Shown here: positions 46,445 to 57,260 of the stretch, piece after piece
How the letters are laid out: every line of letters begins with the position of its first letter
How positions within the stretch are numbered: the first letter of the stretch is position 1
IMG/VR virus record: IMGVR_UViG_3300033156_000312
Location: 1 to 64,000 of that record
DNA: 64,000 nt
DNA from: a virus
Reading direction: 5' to 3' (one strand)
The notes under the pieces: model-generated
What the model saw: the letters and a program-made list of their open reading frames with translations, nothing else
Databases searched by the model: none
Told to the model about the DNA's origin: nothing
Position numbers and translations under genes: made by a program

Positions 46445-49237
46445 TTACTCACCATGATAAGGTAAACTGACTGTTCGTATAAAACTCCTATCATTTTTAA
46501 GTTGTAAAGTTACTTTAAAAGTATTCAAATTATAAGACATTGACTGTATATTTAATGACTGTTCCAACATTTCTGGGACATATATTCTATTTGTTAAATC
46601 AATATTATAAAAACAAACAGCATCTATTATTAAATCTATCGTTCCTTCTATAGTTTTATCACAAGTTTTACTTAATTGCCAATTAGCATAATCATGAGCA
46701 AAAGGCTTATCATCCCATGAAGGAACATGCACTGCTCTCCCATCTGAATCTACATACCAGCCTCCTGTTTGGGCATTGAGATTTGTTAAAGATAACTGTC
46801 CTACTATTGTCGTAGGATAACTTCCCATTTTAGATGTTACAAATTTTAGTGGATGTTCATCGTCTCCTGGGGGTGGAGGAGGTGATAATTCAGGGTCTTC
46901 ACTTGGGTCTTCTGTTCTTGAATAATATTTTTTCTTCCACAATTTTAACCTAATTCCAGGAGCTCTAACCGATGTAATTTCGCCATAGTCATTCATTTTA
47001 TATAAATATATAGGGTCATTAAATGTAAGAATTCCGTCTTTATAATCTATAGTAAATCCATCTCGCAATTTGCCATCTGGTTCTGTCTTTGTATAATCAC
47101 TGGCTCCATCAGGTAAAAATACGTATACTCCAGGAGTAAAAACATCCGTCCACTCTTCTAAGTTAGGGTCTAAAGGAGGCAGTTTGTATCGTCTGAATAC
47201 GTTTTTGTATTGATTTGCCATATGAGATGGGTGATAATTCCACCCATAACCATGACCTCCATCTTTTCTTACTAATACTTCATTTGCTGAGTCCCAATCT
47301 GGAATAGCAGATATAGCAACAAAATTATACATGTATCCTTCATAAGTTTTATATCTGTCTTCATATCTTCCATTATCTTCGTTATACCATCTAAATCGTC
47401 TAACTACCCAGTTACCCATTGTAACTCTTAATTTATTTACAATATTTGCAACTGATTCGGTAATATTATGAGATAATACTTGATATATATTAAGATTTGT
47501 TCCTATTTTCTGTCTTTCTAATGTAATTATGCTTCCATTTCCAGCTCTCCATAACTTTCTATTTTCATCAACATCATAAAACCAACCAAAGTTCCCTGCT
47601 TCTTGAACTAATTGACTAATACAATCTGATGTTCCAATACCAAAACAATTTATTGACTGTGGTATAAAATCTCCTATTCCAGGATTCCATCCACAAGCAC
47701 TTAATCCTGCTGAAATAGTAGAATAATATACTTCTTTGGCATCGCTGGGTTTGTGCCCTATATAAAAATATTGATTATCACGATTATCTAACCAATATTT
47801 ATCTTGACAATTTACACTTATTGTGTCTGGAGTATCAGTGGGCATAATATCTACCACATATCCACTATATAATGTAAAATATCCACTCCAATCAGAATAA
47901 TAATAGCGAATTGAGACTGAGGATTCTACTGAAGGTTTAGTGTCATCATAAGGTCTTCCAAGAGTAAACGAAGCAGTATGAGAAGTGTTTAATGCTTTTG
48001 TAATAATGATAGAATCTATATCTGCATCAGTTTGTTCAACTCCATTAATAAAAACTTTAATGAATTCTTTGCCTTGAGATTGAAATCCTGCATCTCCTGG
48101 AGTCATCCATTCTGCTATCATTCTGAAATCGTTAGTTACATCATAAATTTGTCTTCCAATTGTTCTAATATCATTATCAACATCATATTCTTTAGCATAA
48201 GCCATATTGACCGTGTTTATACAAGTCCCTAATACTCTTTTAACAGTGTTTATTTTGTTATTTATGACTTCAAGAACAGTTTTTACGAAATTAAATTTGT
48301 TTAATGTGTCAGAAAGAACCTGAATAACAGTGTTAATTTTACTGTCTATATCATATCGTTTTTGAATAACCATACGAAAATCGTTATCTATATCGTCTAC
48401 AGTTCCAGATACAATTTCATCACTAAATAATATAGTATCTGCTGGTTCTATTTTTTCTCTCGAAACATTCAAATAGATGTCATCACTTAATTGTATAGTA
48501 TCATGTTCAAATACTTCTTTAGCAAACGTAATCTCATCAGAAATATTTAAAATATCTGAGAGTTCTTTCTTAAAGAGCGGATAATTAAGATAAATATCAT
48601 CAGAAATATTTAATGTATCAGATAAAAATATTTCTATTTTCTGTTCCATATTTTCAGTGCGAGCAGTATAAGTTGAAGCCCCAGAAGCTTTACCATGTGA
48701 AAATCCAGCATATAAATAACGATAAGTAGTATTATTACATGTTATTATGAGAGTATCTACTATATTCGTATCATTTGCTCTATCCGTCGAAGAAGAATAT
48801 ATTTTACACGTAGCCGTAGTGCCACTTCGAGAGACTTTAAGATAATAAGTCGTATATTTTGATAACCAGTCGGTAGAATCTGTTTGTCCGTTTGCCGCAT
48901 CTTTAAGACTTATTTTTATTTGGGTAGCTCCGTTTTTATTAATAGTAGATACAATCAATCCATTGGACATACTTAAATAATAATTTAAATCATTAGAAAT
49001 ACCCCAATGACCATGTATATTATAATCTCCTGTAGCACCTGTTACTATATCAGGATATATATCAAAATCAAAGGTTACATCTCCAAAGTATCCAGCCCCA
49101 AAATCTTTATAGACATAAGTGCTATCTTTAATTTCTAATGAGCCTTGACAAGATAAACCATCTGTAGATATATCCCATGTGCTATTATTACCTGTCGGGT
49201 CATAGACAGTGTATGTTTGAAAGTTCTCGTAAGCCAT
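46445..49237 (-). CDS. Large tail / baseplate-hub-like protein with N-terminal beta-sandwich and short repeats
   Basis: SD.LNISD.I and NKINTV repeats; position after tape measure and distal tail genes. Confidence 0.6.
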   Translation of the reverse strand: MAYENFQTYTVYDPTGNNSTWDISTDGLSCQGSLEIKDSTYVYKDFGAGYFGDVTFDFDIYPDIVTGATGDYNIHGHWGISNDLNYYLSMSNGLIVSTINKNGATQIKISLKDAANGQTDSTDWLSKYTTYYLKVSRSGTTATCKIYSSSTDRANDTNIVDTLIITCNNTTYRYLYAGFSHGKASGASTYTARTENMEQKIEIFLSDTLNISDDIYLNYPLFKKELSDILNISDEITFAKEVFEHDTIQLSDDIYLNVSREKIEPADTILFSDEIVSGTVDDIDNDFRMVIQKRYDIDSKINTVIQVLSDTLNKFNFVKTVLEVINNKINTVKRVLGTCINTVNMAYAKEYDVDNDIRTIGRQIYDVTNDFRMIAEWMTPGDAGFQSQGKEFIKVFINGVEQTDADIDSIIITKALNTSHTASFTLGRPYDDTKPSVESSVSIRYYYSDWSGYFTLYSGYVVDIMPTDTPDTISVNCQDKYWLDNRDNQYFYIGHKPSDAKEVYYSTISAGLSACGWNPGIGDFIPQSINCFGIGTSDCISQLVQEAGNFGWFYDVDENRKLWRAGNGSIITLERQKIGTNLNIYQVLSHNITESVANIVNKLRVTMGNWVVRRFRWYNEDNGRYEDRYKTYEGYMYNFVAISAIPDWDSANEVLVRKDGGHGYGWNYHPSHMANQYKNVFRRYKLPPLDPNLEEWTDVFTPGVYVFLPDGASDYTKTEPDGKLRDGFTIDYKDGILTFNDPIYLYKMNDYGEITSVRAPGIRLKLWKKKYYSRTEDPSEDPELSPPPPPGDDEHPLKFVTSKMGSYPTTIVGQLSLTNLNAQTGGWYVDSDGRAVHVPSWDDKPFAHDYANWQLSKTCDKTIEGTIDLIIDAVCFYNIDLTNRIYVPEMLEQSLNIQSMSYNLNTFKVTLQLKNDRSFIRTVSLPYHGE

Positions 49238-49263
49238 ACTTAATTCCTCTTAGATATTTAGTA

Positions 49264-49791
49264 TTATGCTCCTGCAACTGTAATAGTTATCTTTACATAC
49301 AAATCAGTATCGTTATCAACAGATTTGGCATTAAATACGAATCTATCAAGCATTATAGAACCTGTTACTGTTCCACTATCAAAAATTCCAGCTTCTTTAA
49401 TATCATAAGATTCACCTGTGCCAAAACTGAAAGTTTTCTCGAAAGTGCATTTATAATCTGCTAAATATGCACGAGTTGCCTCTTCTCTTGCAACTTCATT
49501 CTTTAAAGCTGTATCACCAGCCACGACTGAATCGCCTGTTTCACTAATTCCAACAGCTATATGAGTAAATTCAGTTATACCTGTTCCTATTCCGCCAAGC
49601 AATTTTGCGACGTGTTCTTTACCAGTATTAACTATCATATTTTTAACTTCTTCATGTTCTACAACAGTGCCATCTTTCTTTCTGGTTTCGATTATTGCAT
49701 CGCCTATAAGAATTATCCCGTCTTTCATTTTACGTTTCCTCCTCAGATTCATTTCTATTTTATCTCGTAATACAAATTTTTCTTTTTTCAT
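49264..49791 (-). CDS. Tail fibre/collar-type structural protein
   Basis: N.IVNTG...IAVG...DTAL.NEV.R...IKEAGIF...MLDR motif. Confidence 0.65.
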   Translation of the reverse strand: MKKEKFVLRDKIEMNLRRKRKMKDGIILIGDAIIETRKKDGTVVEHEEVKNMIVNTGKEHVAKLLGGIGTGITEFTHIAVGISETGDSVVAGDTALKNEVAREEATRAYLADYKCTFEKTFSFGTGESYDIKEAGIFDSGTVTGSIMLDRFVFNAKSVDNDTDLYVKITITVAGA

Positions 49792-49792
49792 A

Positions 49793-50221
49793 TTATCTCC
49801 ATCCAGCAGGATTTAATCCTACGATTTTCCTATCATTTATGTCAAAGTCTCTTCTGACTATATCCCCAATTTTATATCTACTGTCTAAAGTCTGAAAAAG
49901 AGTTATACGATAGCTCACTACTTTTTTTCCTTTACGTCCCATGATGTAAGCATATTCAATTCTGGGTTTATTATTAAGCTTTTCTATTGTCTTCCCGATT
50001 CTCGCCCAATCTTTTGTAGCTTCTATCATGTGATAATATTCATCATAACCATGTAAAGTCAAATAATTACCGTCAGGTAATCTATAAAATATTCTTTTAA
50101 TTTTCTTATCGGGCATATCATTCCAACCAGTGTTGAAATAACTTTTACCCCCTTCATACGCACTTCCATCGCTGAAAATTACTTGATAAAGAGCTTGATT
50201 TTTTTTATCACTCTTTTTCAT
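49793..50221 (-). CDS. Hypothetical protein in tail module
   Basis: Coupled ORF with GGAG RBS. Confidence 0.55.
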   Translation of the reverse strand: MKKSDKKNQALYQVIFSDGSAYEGGKSYFNTGWNDMPDKKIKRIFYRLPDGNYLTLHGYDEYYHMIEATKDWARIGKTIEKLNNKPRIEYAYIMGRKGKKVVSYRITLFQTLDSRYKIGDIVRRDFDINDRKIVGLNPAGWR

Positions 50222-50661
50222 TATTTTATCTCCTTTACAGTTATACCTTTAATGATTGTTACAAGCGATTTCAAATTATATATTGCTTTCATAAGAATTC
50301 TTTTTCCTTTTCTCTTAGCTTCGCATAATCCACAAGCTTCAGTTGTTTTAATGAAAGTTCTTAGTTCCAACTCTATAGACTTACCATTAACATCGATATT
50401 TGCTTTTAATGAAACTTGATAGCGATTTTTTCGTCTATCAAGTCGCTTTCTATTTAATTCTTTGAATCTTTGTTGAACTTTTGCTGGAATTGGTTCCTCA
50501 CGTTTTTCAAGAACAATATTACATTTGTTACATTTCATTGTTGCTACTTGTGAAATAGCCTTAATAACTTCAAATTGATTCTGCTCTTTCTGTTCAACTT
50601 TGGATTTCATTTCCTGAATCAAAATGAAGTTTTGTCTATTACCGCATTTTGGACATTGCAT
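50221..50661 (-). CDS. Zn-ribbon protein
   Basis: CPKC...CNKC...CGLC. Confidence 0.55.
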   Translation of the reverse strand: MQCPKCGNRQNFILIQEMKSKVEQKEQNQFEVIKAISQVATMKCNKCNIVLEKREEPIPAKVQQRFKELNRKRLDRRKNRYQVSLKANIDVNGKSIELELRTFIKTTEACGLCEAKRKGKRILMKAIYNLKSLVTIIKGITVKEIK

Positions 50662-50691
50662 TATTATCTCCTTTGTTTATAATCAATTATC

Positions 50692-51357
50692 TTAATTCCA
50701 GGTATATCTACATGTTAATACAAAAGTTTCAACTGCTGGAGTTCCGTAACCTGCTGGGATTACAATTTTGAGATTAGCATAAAGATTTCTCTCTGATTCA
50801 CCAGTTGATAAACTTATAGCTCCATTACCATCATTCAATTGTAACACTCTTGCAGAATCATCACCAGCTATCGCAGTTCCAGTCCAATCTACACCAGGAA
50901 GTGAAGAAGTTGTGCAAATAGCCTTAATCATAGAATTTGCAGGTGTTCCATTACCAAGAACATGTTTAGCATATGTAGTATGATTATCATCATCCCATGC
51001 TTCTAATTGAGGTTCAGAAGCAGTATCTCCATCAAAAGCAAAATTAAAAACATATCTCTTATTTTCACCCATACCAATAACTTTATGAGTATAATATGAA
51101 CCTCCAACATCATGAGAATAATCCATTAACAAACAGAGAGCTACTGTAACATCTACAGACGCATCTATAATAGTTGCCGCTTCATTTAACTCTGTCGGAG
51201 TGGGTTCAGAAGTCATTAAATCTTTGACTATTGCACTCCCTGCCGTCCAAATCAGATAATCGTGGTCAAGGTCTAAAGCAATATACCCTGCACCAGTATC
51301 TTCATAAGCTAAATCTGCATCCACATAATTTACTCTTACTGTTAGATTTGTTGCCAT
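50692..51357 (-). CDS. Putative structural (tail) protein
   Basis: Acidic, rich in Thr, Gly and Ala; strong RBS. Confidence 0.55.
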   Translation of the reverse strand: MATNLTVRVNYVDADLAYEDTGAGYIALDLDHDYLIWTAGSAIVKDLMTSEPTPTELNEAATIIDASVDVTVALCLLMDYSHDVGGSYYTHKVIGMGENKRYVFNFAFDGDTASEPQLEAWDDDNHTTYAKHVLGNGTPANSMIKAICTTSSLPGVDWTGTAIAGDDSARVLQLNDGNGAISLSTGESERNLYANLKIVIPAGYGTPAVETFVLTCRYTWN

Positions 51358-51393
51358 CGTATTCCTCCTACTGATTTCTTTTTCGTATATCCA

Positions 51394-51816
51394 TTAATAC
51401 GCTAATACTAAAAATGCTACTCTATACTCTTGAACTCCCACTCTCATTGATTGTGGAAATTCTATCTCTGATATTCTTCTGACCGTATAAGACCAGTCTG
51501 TAGTCCATGCACCCCCAGTAATAGGTCTATGCTTTAAAGTTAATGTAGCAACATCAGTTGTAATATTTGAACGCATAGTATTCATCAAAGTAGTTATATC
51601 TTCATAACCATCAGCATCATATAACTTTCCTCTGACTTCAATTGTCTGACTTTTTTTACCTCCAGGAATTACTATAGCACCATCTCCTCTATTACCTTGA
51701 ATAATTGTAGCTTTCATTCCTTCTTTAGGGTCAGTTACATGAAATACATATGGTAAATCATAATCATGAGTGCCATCATCAAAATTTACTACTACTTCAT
51801 AATCTTGATATGCCAT
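51394..51816 (-). CDS. Putative distal tail protein
   Basis: About 140 aa beta protein directly after the tape measure gene. Confidence 0.55.
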   Translation of the reverse strand: MAYQDYEVVVNFDDGTHDYDLPYVFHVTDPKEGMKATIIQGNRGDGAIVIPGGKKSQTIEVRGKLYDADGYEDITTLMNTMRSNITTDVATLTLKHRPITGGAWTTDWSYTVRRISEIEFPQSMRVGVQEYRVAFLVLAY

Positions 51817-51829
51817 ATATTATCTCCTC

Positions 51830-54613
51830 TTACATAAATTTTCTTGTTTGGTCAGCAAAGCGTTTTTGGAATCTCTGGTCTTCTAATAGTTTTTGTTTGA
51901 TTTGCTTTCCAATAGAATCTGCTATTTCTTCTGCTGTTTCACCTTCTGCTGTGAACGTCATATCACCGATACTAATTTCTATTCGTCTTTCTCGTGTTCT
52001 TTCTGCTTCTATCATTCCACGTCTTACACCTTCAGCAATATTTTCTGCTGTTAATTTTTCTGGAGGAATTAATGCTTGTGAAGGGAACAATTCAGAATAT
52101 AACTCTCCCATTACTGCTCCACCTAACTCTCTGGCTCTACGTTTGCGTTGAACTTCTCTCCAATCTATTCTTGTCTCTTCCCATGTTTCTCCATATCCTC
52201 CAGTTACTATTGCTCGTTTGCTTCCTTCTTCAATTCCTTGTGCGGTAGCATCAGAAAACATTTGAGTAAAGATTTCTCTCATTCGTCCTTCCAATTCAGT
52301 AGTCCATTCTGTTCCCAAATCTTTAAAAGATTGTCTCCAAATTCTCATATGCTCTTCAACTTTACTTTTTGTTTCATCTGCACCTAATATGGGAGTTGCT
52401 TCTCCTCTATCAGCTCTCTTTAATTCACTTACAATATCTCTCCATTGTTTTCTAAAATCTTCAAGAGCTGGAGGGATTCCTTCAGTCCAAACTTTCCAAA
52501 ATTCGTTAGCAGTTTTTGGGAAGCTTTCATCGAATATTTCAATATCAGGCAATCTCCACAAGGATTTGCGAATATCATTAACAGCTTCTTGACCTTTTTT
52601 AGAAAAATGACTAAAATATTGGTCAATCAAAGTTCTATCTTCTATATCTCTTCTATATCTTCCAGCCAATTGTTCTGGAGTTAATTTCATTAATTCCATT
52701 ACTCTTCGTAGTTTATTTCGTTCATATTTATCAGCTTGTGCGAAAGATGTATATAAACCTCTAATGGCTTCTCTTTGTCGTTGTCTTATGTTAAGTTGTT
52801 CTAATTGAACTTGATTCATCATTTTAGCAACATTGACTAATTCTTTTTCTGTAATAACATGAGCTTGTGTAATTCTTAATACTTCAGCCCAATCTTGTTT
52901 TAAAACGGCAATTAGTAATTTTTGCTTGTTAACTTCTATTCCTTGATTTTTTAAAGATTCAGTTACAGCATCAACATAATCGAGTAATTTTTGTTGAGAT
53001 ATTTGCATTTCATCATATCCCAATATCTCTAACTTGCGATAATTAATTAAATCTTCTTGTAATTGTAATCGCATTTTAATAGCTTCATCAATTTCATATT
53101 CTGCATTCATCTGTGCTTCTAATTCTTTTAGTTCTTCTTCTCGCTGTTTCTCAAGTTCTTCTAATCTTGCTCTTCTTCTATCAAACCATTCTTCTCCAGC
53201 TTTAGCCCCTGCCCCAACAACAGTTTCTAATCCTTGTTTCTTTAATTCATCTTGATAGCGTTTCATCATTTTTGGTAGTGCGGCAAATGGGAATAAAGAT
53301 TCTATTATTTGCTCTCCTTTTGTTTTGGGAGTCATAGCTAATAGACCTCTCCAAACCGCTTTAATTCCTTTGCCCACTTCTCCTAATTGTGCTCCTGCAA
53401 TTGTGGCATTTAATGACATTCTTTCAAGCCATTTATTTACATCTTTTAAAGCTTCAACAAAATCATCTGTTCGAGTTATTCCGATAACAAAATCTTTAAT
53501 TAACATGTTAAAATTATCTCTCATATTTTCTAATTGAACTTCAGGGGTATTATCTCGAATTTCTAATAACGCATCTGCCATCCCTTTTGAATTTTTCTGT
53601 AAATCTACTAAAGTTTCATTGAATCTTTCACCCATAGCAACCATGGCTCGAATTATACGTTTAGAACGTATATTAAATATTTTACTAAGTCTTTTTTCAA
53701 TTTCTGGCGTTGTTTTACCCATTTTTCTAAAAGTATCTATTAATTCTTTTAAAATGTCGAACCAATCTAAAGCTCGTTTTGGGTCAAATGCTTTTCCTAA
53801 TTCTTTTTCTACTGCTGGAAGTTTTTGTGCTAATTCATCTAAACTTCGCCCAAATAGACGACCAGACCTTCCACCTTTCAATAAAGCATCGTGAGATACT
53901 GCTAATACTGCAACTAATTCAGTCATACTAAGACCAAAAGCTTTTGCTTGCCCACCAACATTGGCGATAGCTTGAGCCAATTCATTCATTTCTATTTCAT
54001 GGTCTGACCAAGCTCTTGCCAAAACATCGGCAATTTTTCTCATTTTCTCTTGTTTTGTGGTAACTCCTTCTATATTATCTCCTAATAGACGATACATAGC
54101 AGATACAGTTTTTGCAGTCATAGCTACATCACCATAAGTTCCTTTAGCTAATGTTACCGCAGGGATTGTTGCCATAATAGCATCTCTAAATGTCAGACCC
54201 GATGTGCCCATTCGATAGTAAGCTTCTATAACTTCTTTTGAAGTTCCTGCATGGGTTCTTGCAAATGTTTCGGCAAGTCCTCTCAATTCTTCCATAGCTC
54301 TTGCCATTCCTTCAGGTGCTCCTGATGTAACAGCAGAAGCTCTTGCTATCGCAGATTCTAACTCTACCCAATATCTCACTCCCTGACTTATAGTATTAAA
54401 GACCGCCATCATAGCTTGTCTAAATGCAAACCAAACAGGAACAACTATAGCTACTCTTTTCAAAGCTTTGATAAATTGCCCTGTCATTCCTGTAGCTCTT
54501 TTAGTAGTTTTACCTGTCTTATCTATCTGTTTTTCTATACTTCTGATTTGCGTCATAGCGACCTTGCCGCCTTTGACTGTTACCAGAAATGATATTAGAT
54601 ATTTTTTATCCAT
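51830..54613 (-). CDS. Tail tape measure protein
   Basis: 927 aa helical, Ala/Gly-rich TP901-type core; follows chaperones and tail tube. Confidence 0.88.
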   Translation of the reverse strand: MDKKYLISFLVTVKGGKVAMTQIRSIEKQIDKTGKTTKRATGMTGQFIKALKRVAIVVPVWFAFRQAMMAVFNTISQGVRYWVELESAIARASAVTSGAPEGMARAMEELRGLAETFARTHAGTSKEVIEAYYRMGTSGLTFRDAIMATIPAVTLAKGTYGDVAMTAKTVSAMYRLLGDNIEGVTTKQEKMRKIADVLARAWSDHEIEMNELAQAIANVGGQAKAFGLSMTELVAVLAVSHDALLKGGRSGRLFGRSLDELAQKLPAVEKELGKAFDPKRALDWFDILKELIDTFRKMGKTTPEIEKRLSKIFNIRSKRIIRAMVAMGERFNETLVDLQKNSKGMADALLEIRDNTPEVQLENMRDNFNMLIKDFVIGITRTDDFVEALKDVNKWLERMSLNATIAGAQLGEVGKGIKAVWRGLLAMTPKTKGEQIIESLFPFAALPKMMKRYQDELKKQGLETVVGAGAKAGEEWFDRRRARLEELEKQREEELKELEAQMNAEYEIDEAIKMRLQLQEDLINYRKLEILGYDEMQISQQKLLDYVDAVTESLKNQGIEVNKQKLLIAVLKQDWAEVLRITQAHVITEKELVNVAKMMNQVQLEQLNIRQRQREAIRGLYTSFAQADKYERNKLRRVMELMKLTPEQLAGRYRRDIEDRTLIDQYFSHFSKKGQEAVNDIRKSLWRLPDIEIFDESFPKTANEFWKVWTEGIPPALEDFRKQWRDIVSELKRADRGEATPILGADETKSKVEEHMRIWRQSFKDLGTEWTTELEGRMREIFTQMFSDATAQGIEEGSKRAIVTGGYGETWEETRIDWREVQRKRRARELGGAVMGELYSELFPSQALIPPEKLTAENIAEGVRRGMIEAERTRERRIEISIGDMTFTAEGETAEEIADSIGKQIKQKLLEDQRFQKRFADQTRKFM

Positions 54614-54616
54614 TTT

Positions 54617-54961
54617 TTAATGTTTCTCCTTAAAAATTACTGATGGCAAATTACCTGAAGTATCTCTTTGTCTCTTTTGTTGTTTTGAAGATTTGGGTTT
54701 CTCTTCCTCCTGCGATTTATATAATAGATATGCCTCTGTTCTCATCTCGTCATCTATTACCTCTTGAGAAATATATGATTTTTTCATCTGTAAGTCATCA
54801 TATAATACATTATATATCTGAAGCCATTTGAGAAATAATAATTGTAATCGAGAAAAGTCTATATTATTATAAAACAGATTAATATTACTCATTTCTTTGG
54901 CTCTACGATATAGAAATTGATACTGATATGATTTTGCCAACTTTCTTACAAATTTTTCCAT
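54617..54961 (-). CDS. Putative tail assembly chaperone (second)
   Basis: Directly before the tape measure gene; own AGGAG RBS. Confidence 0.55.
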   Translation of the reverse strand: MEKFVRKLAKSYQYQFLYRRAKEMSNINLFYNNIDFSRLQLLFLKWLQIYNVLYDDLQMKKSYISQEVIDDEMRTEAYLLYKSQEEEKPKSSKQQKRQRDTSGNLPSVIFKEKH

Positions 54962-54973
54962 ACTTAACTCCTA

Positions 54974-55609
54974 TTACAGAGTAGGAGCAAAAACTAAGTA
55001 ATTGACATAATAAAAAGTTTTATTAATCAATTCAGAATCAGAAGAATTTGCAAATTCTTTATAGCCTCTAAATACTTTCTCCCATTTATCTTCCCCGACT
55101 TTCTTTTCCAACACCAAATAAGCATAATAAGAATTAACTTCCAAAGTCAACTGGTCTTCTATAGAGTAACTAAGTAAATCTGTTTTCTCTATATTAATAG
55201 TCATTTGTTGCACTCGAAGCTCACTTATATCATTTTTTAACTTTTCAATATCTTTTTTATTGTTGGTCTTAGCCAATCTTATCTGAAGCTTCTCTATATC
55301 ATCTTGCAATCTTATCATCTTCTGTTCCATTTCAGGAATGTCAATACCTTTTTTCTGATATTTTTCAACCCACTGTCTTCTGAAAAACATATCATCATCA
55401 TCAACATATTTAGCATACGTTTTTCTTCTATGCTTCTCAATATCTAACTGTTCAGCGTAAGTAGGTTTTCTTACTCTATATACTTGCTCTTTGACTTTAA
55501 AAGCTATCTTATTATCTTTTAGTAATTGTTCTATTTCTTTGCCCTTTTCAAGCTCTGAAATAGTCTTAACCATCTCTTTATTAATTTCTTTCTTGTCCTT
55601 ACCCATCAC
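54974..55609 (-). CDS. Putative tail assembly chaperone
   Basis: Between tail tube and tape measure; helical. Confidence 0.55.
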   Translation of the reverse strand: MMGKDKKEINKEMVKTISELEKGKEIEQLLKDNKIAFKVKEQVYRVRKPTYAEQLDIEKHRRKTYAKYVDDDDMFFRRQWVEKYQKKGIDIPEMEQKMIRLQDDIEKLQIRLAKTNNKKDIEKLKNDISELRVQQMTINIEKTDLLSYSIEDQLTLEVNSYYAYLVLEKKVGEDKWEKVFRGYKEFANSSDSELINKTFYYVNYLVFAPTL

Positions 55610-55650
55610 TTACCTCCTCTTTAGGATAAAAAATACCCGATTCAGACAAA

Positions 55651-55875
55651 TTATTTCTGTCTTTCGGGCTTAATTCTAAATTCGACACGACCAATTTCTA
55701 TAAGTTTCTTCGTAACTCTACTCTGTTCATATATAATTTCTTTAGCTAAGTCCTTATATAGCTTAGGGTTCAGAGCTTTATTCTTATCCAAAACCTCTAT
55801 ACGTTTACATAAAATTCCGACTAATACCTTTGCTTGGTCGTCTATTAGTTTAAATAATCTCTCATACTTTTCCAT
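55651..55875 (-). CDS. Hypothetical protein
   Basis: GAGGT RBS. Confidence 0.55.
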   Translation of the reverse strand: MEKYERLFKLIDDQAKVLVGILCKRIEVLDKNKALNPKLYKDLAKEIIYEQSRVTKKLIEIGRVEFRIKPERQK

Positions 55876-55892
55876 TTCTTACCTCTTCTTAC

Positions 55893-55958
55893 TCTAATAA
55901 GGGGCAGAGAAGCTCTCTAATGAATGTAGCTCAAAGAGAGCAATCTCTCCCCATTAGA
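55893..55958 (-). other. Long imperfect RNA hairpin 3' of the tail tube gene
   Basis: tctaat..gggg.agaga.gctctct / agagagc..tctctcccc attaga; no U-tract. Confidence 0.6.
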
Positions 55959-55964
55959 TTAGTA

Positions 55965-57224
55965 TTATATACCGATTTTTGTTGAATCGGCAGATATTAT
56001 CAAATTTTCACCTTCAAGAGTGTTATCCTGAGTAACATACTCATTAACACTTGCCCCGCCACGTAATTCAGTAGGCGATAAGCCAGCGGCTTTAAAACCA
56101 TATTTAAATGAACTCTTGGTGTTATCATCAAAAATCTTAATTATCAAAGTTGCTTCATCAGTTAAATTCTCGACATCAATTATCCCGAAGTCGGGAGCTT
56201 CTCCTGCCAGCACTTCTTCGATAGTGAAATCCTCAAGAATTCTGCCTAACGTTACCGTTACGGTAGAATCAGTAATACCTCTTGCCACGACATCTTTATT
56301 TCCAATTTCTCTTATATCTTCTCTATCAAACGCAACGTCAAGAGTTACGCTTTGTAAACGATAGATATAATCAGAAGCACTTGGCTTACCTGACGCAGGT
56401 ATATACAAGTAGATAGAAACACTATCTCCAATTATACCAGCGACATCAGAATCGTTTAATGAGAATATCGTAGCAGGAGCCGTTCCAGATGTATAATAAA
56501 TTTTATATACATCGCCGATTGCGGCCTCATGAACTGTCAACATTTTCAATGATGGTGTATATTCATACTCTTCACTTGAAGAACCTTCTGATAGCTCTTT
56601 ACTGGAACCACTTCTAACTCGAACAACTCTCTGCATATACTTATCAGCAGTATTCGGGTCTTCAGCAGGTTCTCTTGTGCTAAGGTCTATCTCAACATCA
56701 TTACCTGTAAGCAAATCGCCAGTTTCAACCTCTGCTCGGTGATAAATGAAATACTTATTATCTCCTTGCAGAATTCTGGCTTGCTCTCCTACAAAGTCAA
56801 AACTTCTTTCAACGATTGCCTGTGGGTCTCCTATGGTAATTGAGAAGCCAGAGCATCTCAATGCAGGATACCATGCAGTGCCTTTAAATGTGCCATCATC
56901 ATCAGTCAGATATGCACATATATCGAAGTAAGGAGTTTTAAAATCTGCCAGGTCAATTTCATCTTCACCAACAGCACCTTTTACATCACTATTGACTAAC
57001 TTCTGCCAAAATTCAATATTTCCATACTCGTATTGGGTTAATGTATACCCAATCGTCGGACTCTTTTTCAGATACCCTACAGCACCATCTCGCCCTATCT
57101 CCTCAACCTTCTCTCTATTGAGAGTGATTGTTGGGTCAATTGCTTGTGCTCTGTCAATCTCGGCATCAGCAACGTCGTCCAATATAGGGAAGATTCTCGG
57201 TCTGTAATATGAACTGTGGATCAT
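55965..57224 (-). CDS. Major tail (tube) protein
   Basis: 419 aa, acidic, two similar halves (REKVEEIG / REDIREIG); strong AGGAGG RBS; canonical position. Confidence 0.7.
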   Translation of the reverse strand: MIHSSYYRPRIFPILDDVADAEIDRAQAIDPTITLNREKVEEIGRDGAVGYLKKSPTIGYTLTQYEYGNIEFWQKLVNSDVKGAVGEDEIDLADFKTPYFDICAYLTDDDGTFKGTAWYPALRCSGFSITIGDPQAIVERSFDFVGEQARILQGDNKYFIYHRAEVETGDLLTGNDVEIDLSTREPAEDPNTADKYMQRVVRVRSGSSKELSEGSSSEEYEYTPSLKMLTVHEAAIGDVYKIYYTSGTAPATIFSLNDSDVAGIIGDSVSIYLYIPASGKPSASDYIYRLQSVTLDVAFDREDIREIGNKDVVARGITDSTVTVTLGRILEDFTIEEVLAGEAPDFGIIDVENLTDEATLIIKIFDDNTKSSFKYGFKAAGLSPTELRGGASVNEYVTQDNTLEGENLIISADSTKIGI

Positions 57225-57260
57225 TGTGTCCTCCTTTGACTATTTTTCCGACATTATCTT

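Noticed and set aside
54617-55609. Programmed -1 frameshift between tail chaperones
   Set aside because: No clear X XXY YYZ slippery site near the end of the first ORF, and the second has its own AGGAG and ATG.
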